Below, piece by piece: positions 43,315-43,432 of a stretch of DNA of 43,432 nucleotides. The stretch lies in assembly GCA_937859535.1 (NCBI GenBank), contig CALLYL010000404.1, positions 1 through 43,432 on the forward strand, written 5' to 3'. The notes under the pieces were generated by a model. The model worked only from the letters and a program-made list of their open reading frames with translations, did no database searches and had not been told where the DNA came from. A program made the position numbers and the translations under genes. The DNA comes from an uncultured Myxococcales bacterium (GTDB taxonomy: Bacteria; Myxococcota_A; Polyangia; Palsa-1104; JAEUJZ01). Within the stretch, counting starts at the first letter, position 1; every line of letters starts with the position of its first letter.

Positions 43315-43432
43315 GGCTAGGCCGTCAGCTTACCACGACGGCTGGCGTATCCCGAAGCACCCAGGCCTAGCAAAGTTTGGCTTGTGCTACGGTGCTCCGC
43401 CATGGCCGTGCAAACACCTACTCCCGCCCCTA

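Noticed and set aside
43321-43432. Hairpin GCCGTC-N10-GACGGC and an ATG at 43401 that could start a plus-strand gene at the right edge
   Set aside because: Only ~10 codons are visible and there is no motif or SD. There is not enough sequence to support any call.

Overview
This is a 43.4 kb chromosomal segment of roughly 60% GC. It is densely coding, with many 1-13 nt gene overlaps. The protein repertoire (PEGA, FG-GAP, Cys-rich lipoproteins, an Oar-like TonB receptor, caspase-fold proteases) suggests a Myxococcota-like deltaproteobacterium, but that is a low-confidence guess. I support about 27 CDSs from recognisable motifs.

Left to right:
- A CocE/NonD hydrolase.
- A six-gene glycan-assembly cluster: two GT4 genes, a 1513-aa methyltransferase/coiled-coil/GT2/GT4 fusion, wecB, a polytopic membrane protein and a long GT2.
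- A tightly coupled minus-strand trio of envelope-targeted proteins built around two different caspase-fold peptidases: a PBP-legumain lipoprotein, a caspase/beta-barrel protein and a Cys-rich lipoprotein.
- coaBC and an orphan polytopic GAF histidine kinase.
- A cobalamin riboswitch (absent from the ORF track) driving a BtuB-like TonB receptor plus a beta-propeller-like lipoprotein.
- accD-folC, a DJ-1/PfpI protein and an Oar-like giant TonB receptor.
- A ~40% GC intergenic island with a perfect 22-bp palindrome. It lies between a Roadblock/LC7-like gene and a gene fusing a degenerate ABC-ATPase domain to a CX5R dual-specificity phosphatase.
- A secreted Lys/Glu/Met heptad-repeat protein encoded by 21-bp tandem repeats.
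- A HEAT-like protein and a PEGA / FG-GAP / membrane-protein operon.

I saw no rRNA, tRNA, CRISPR, transposase or integrase. My best candidates for something undescribed are the clan-CD protease trio (14366-19220) and the pseudo-ABC/phosphatase locus with its AT-rich operator region (34120-36720). All family calls are motif recognition by eye. No searches were run, so novelty cannot be established here.
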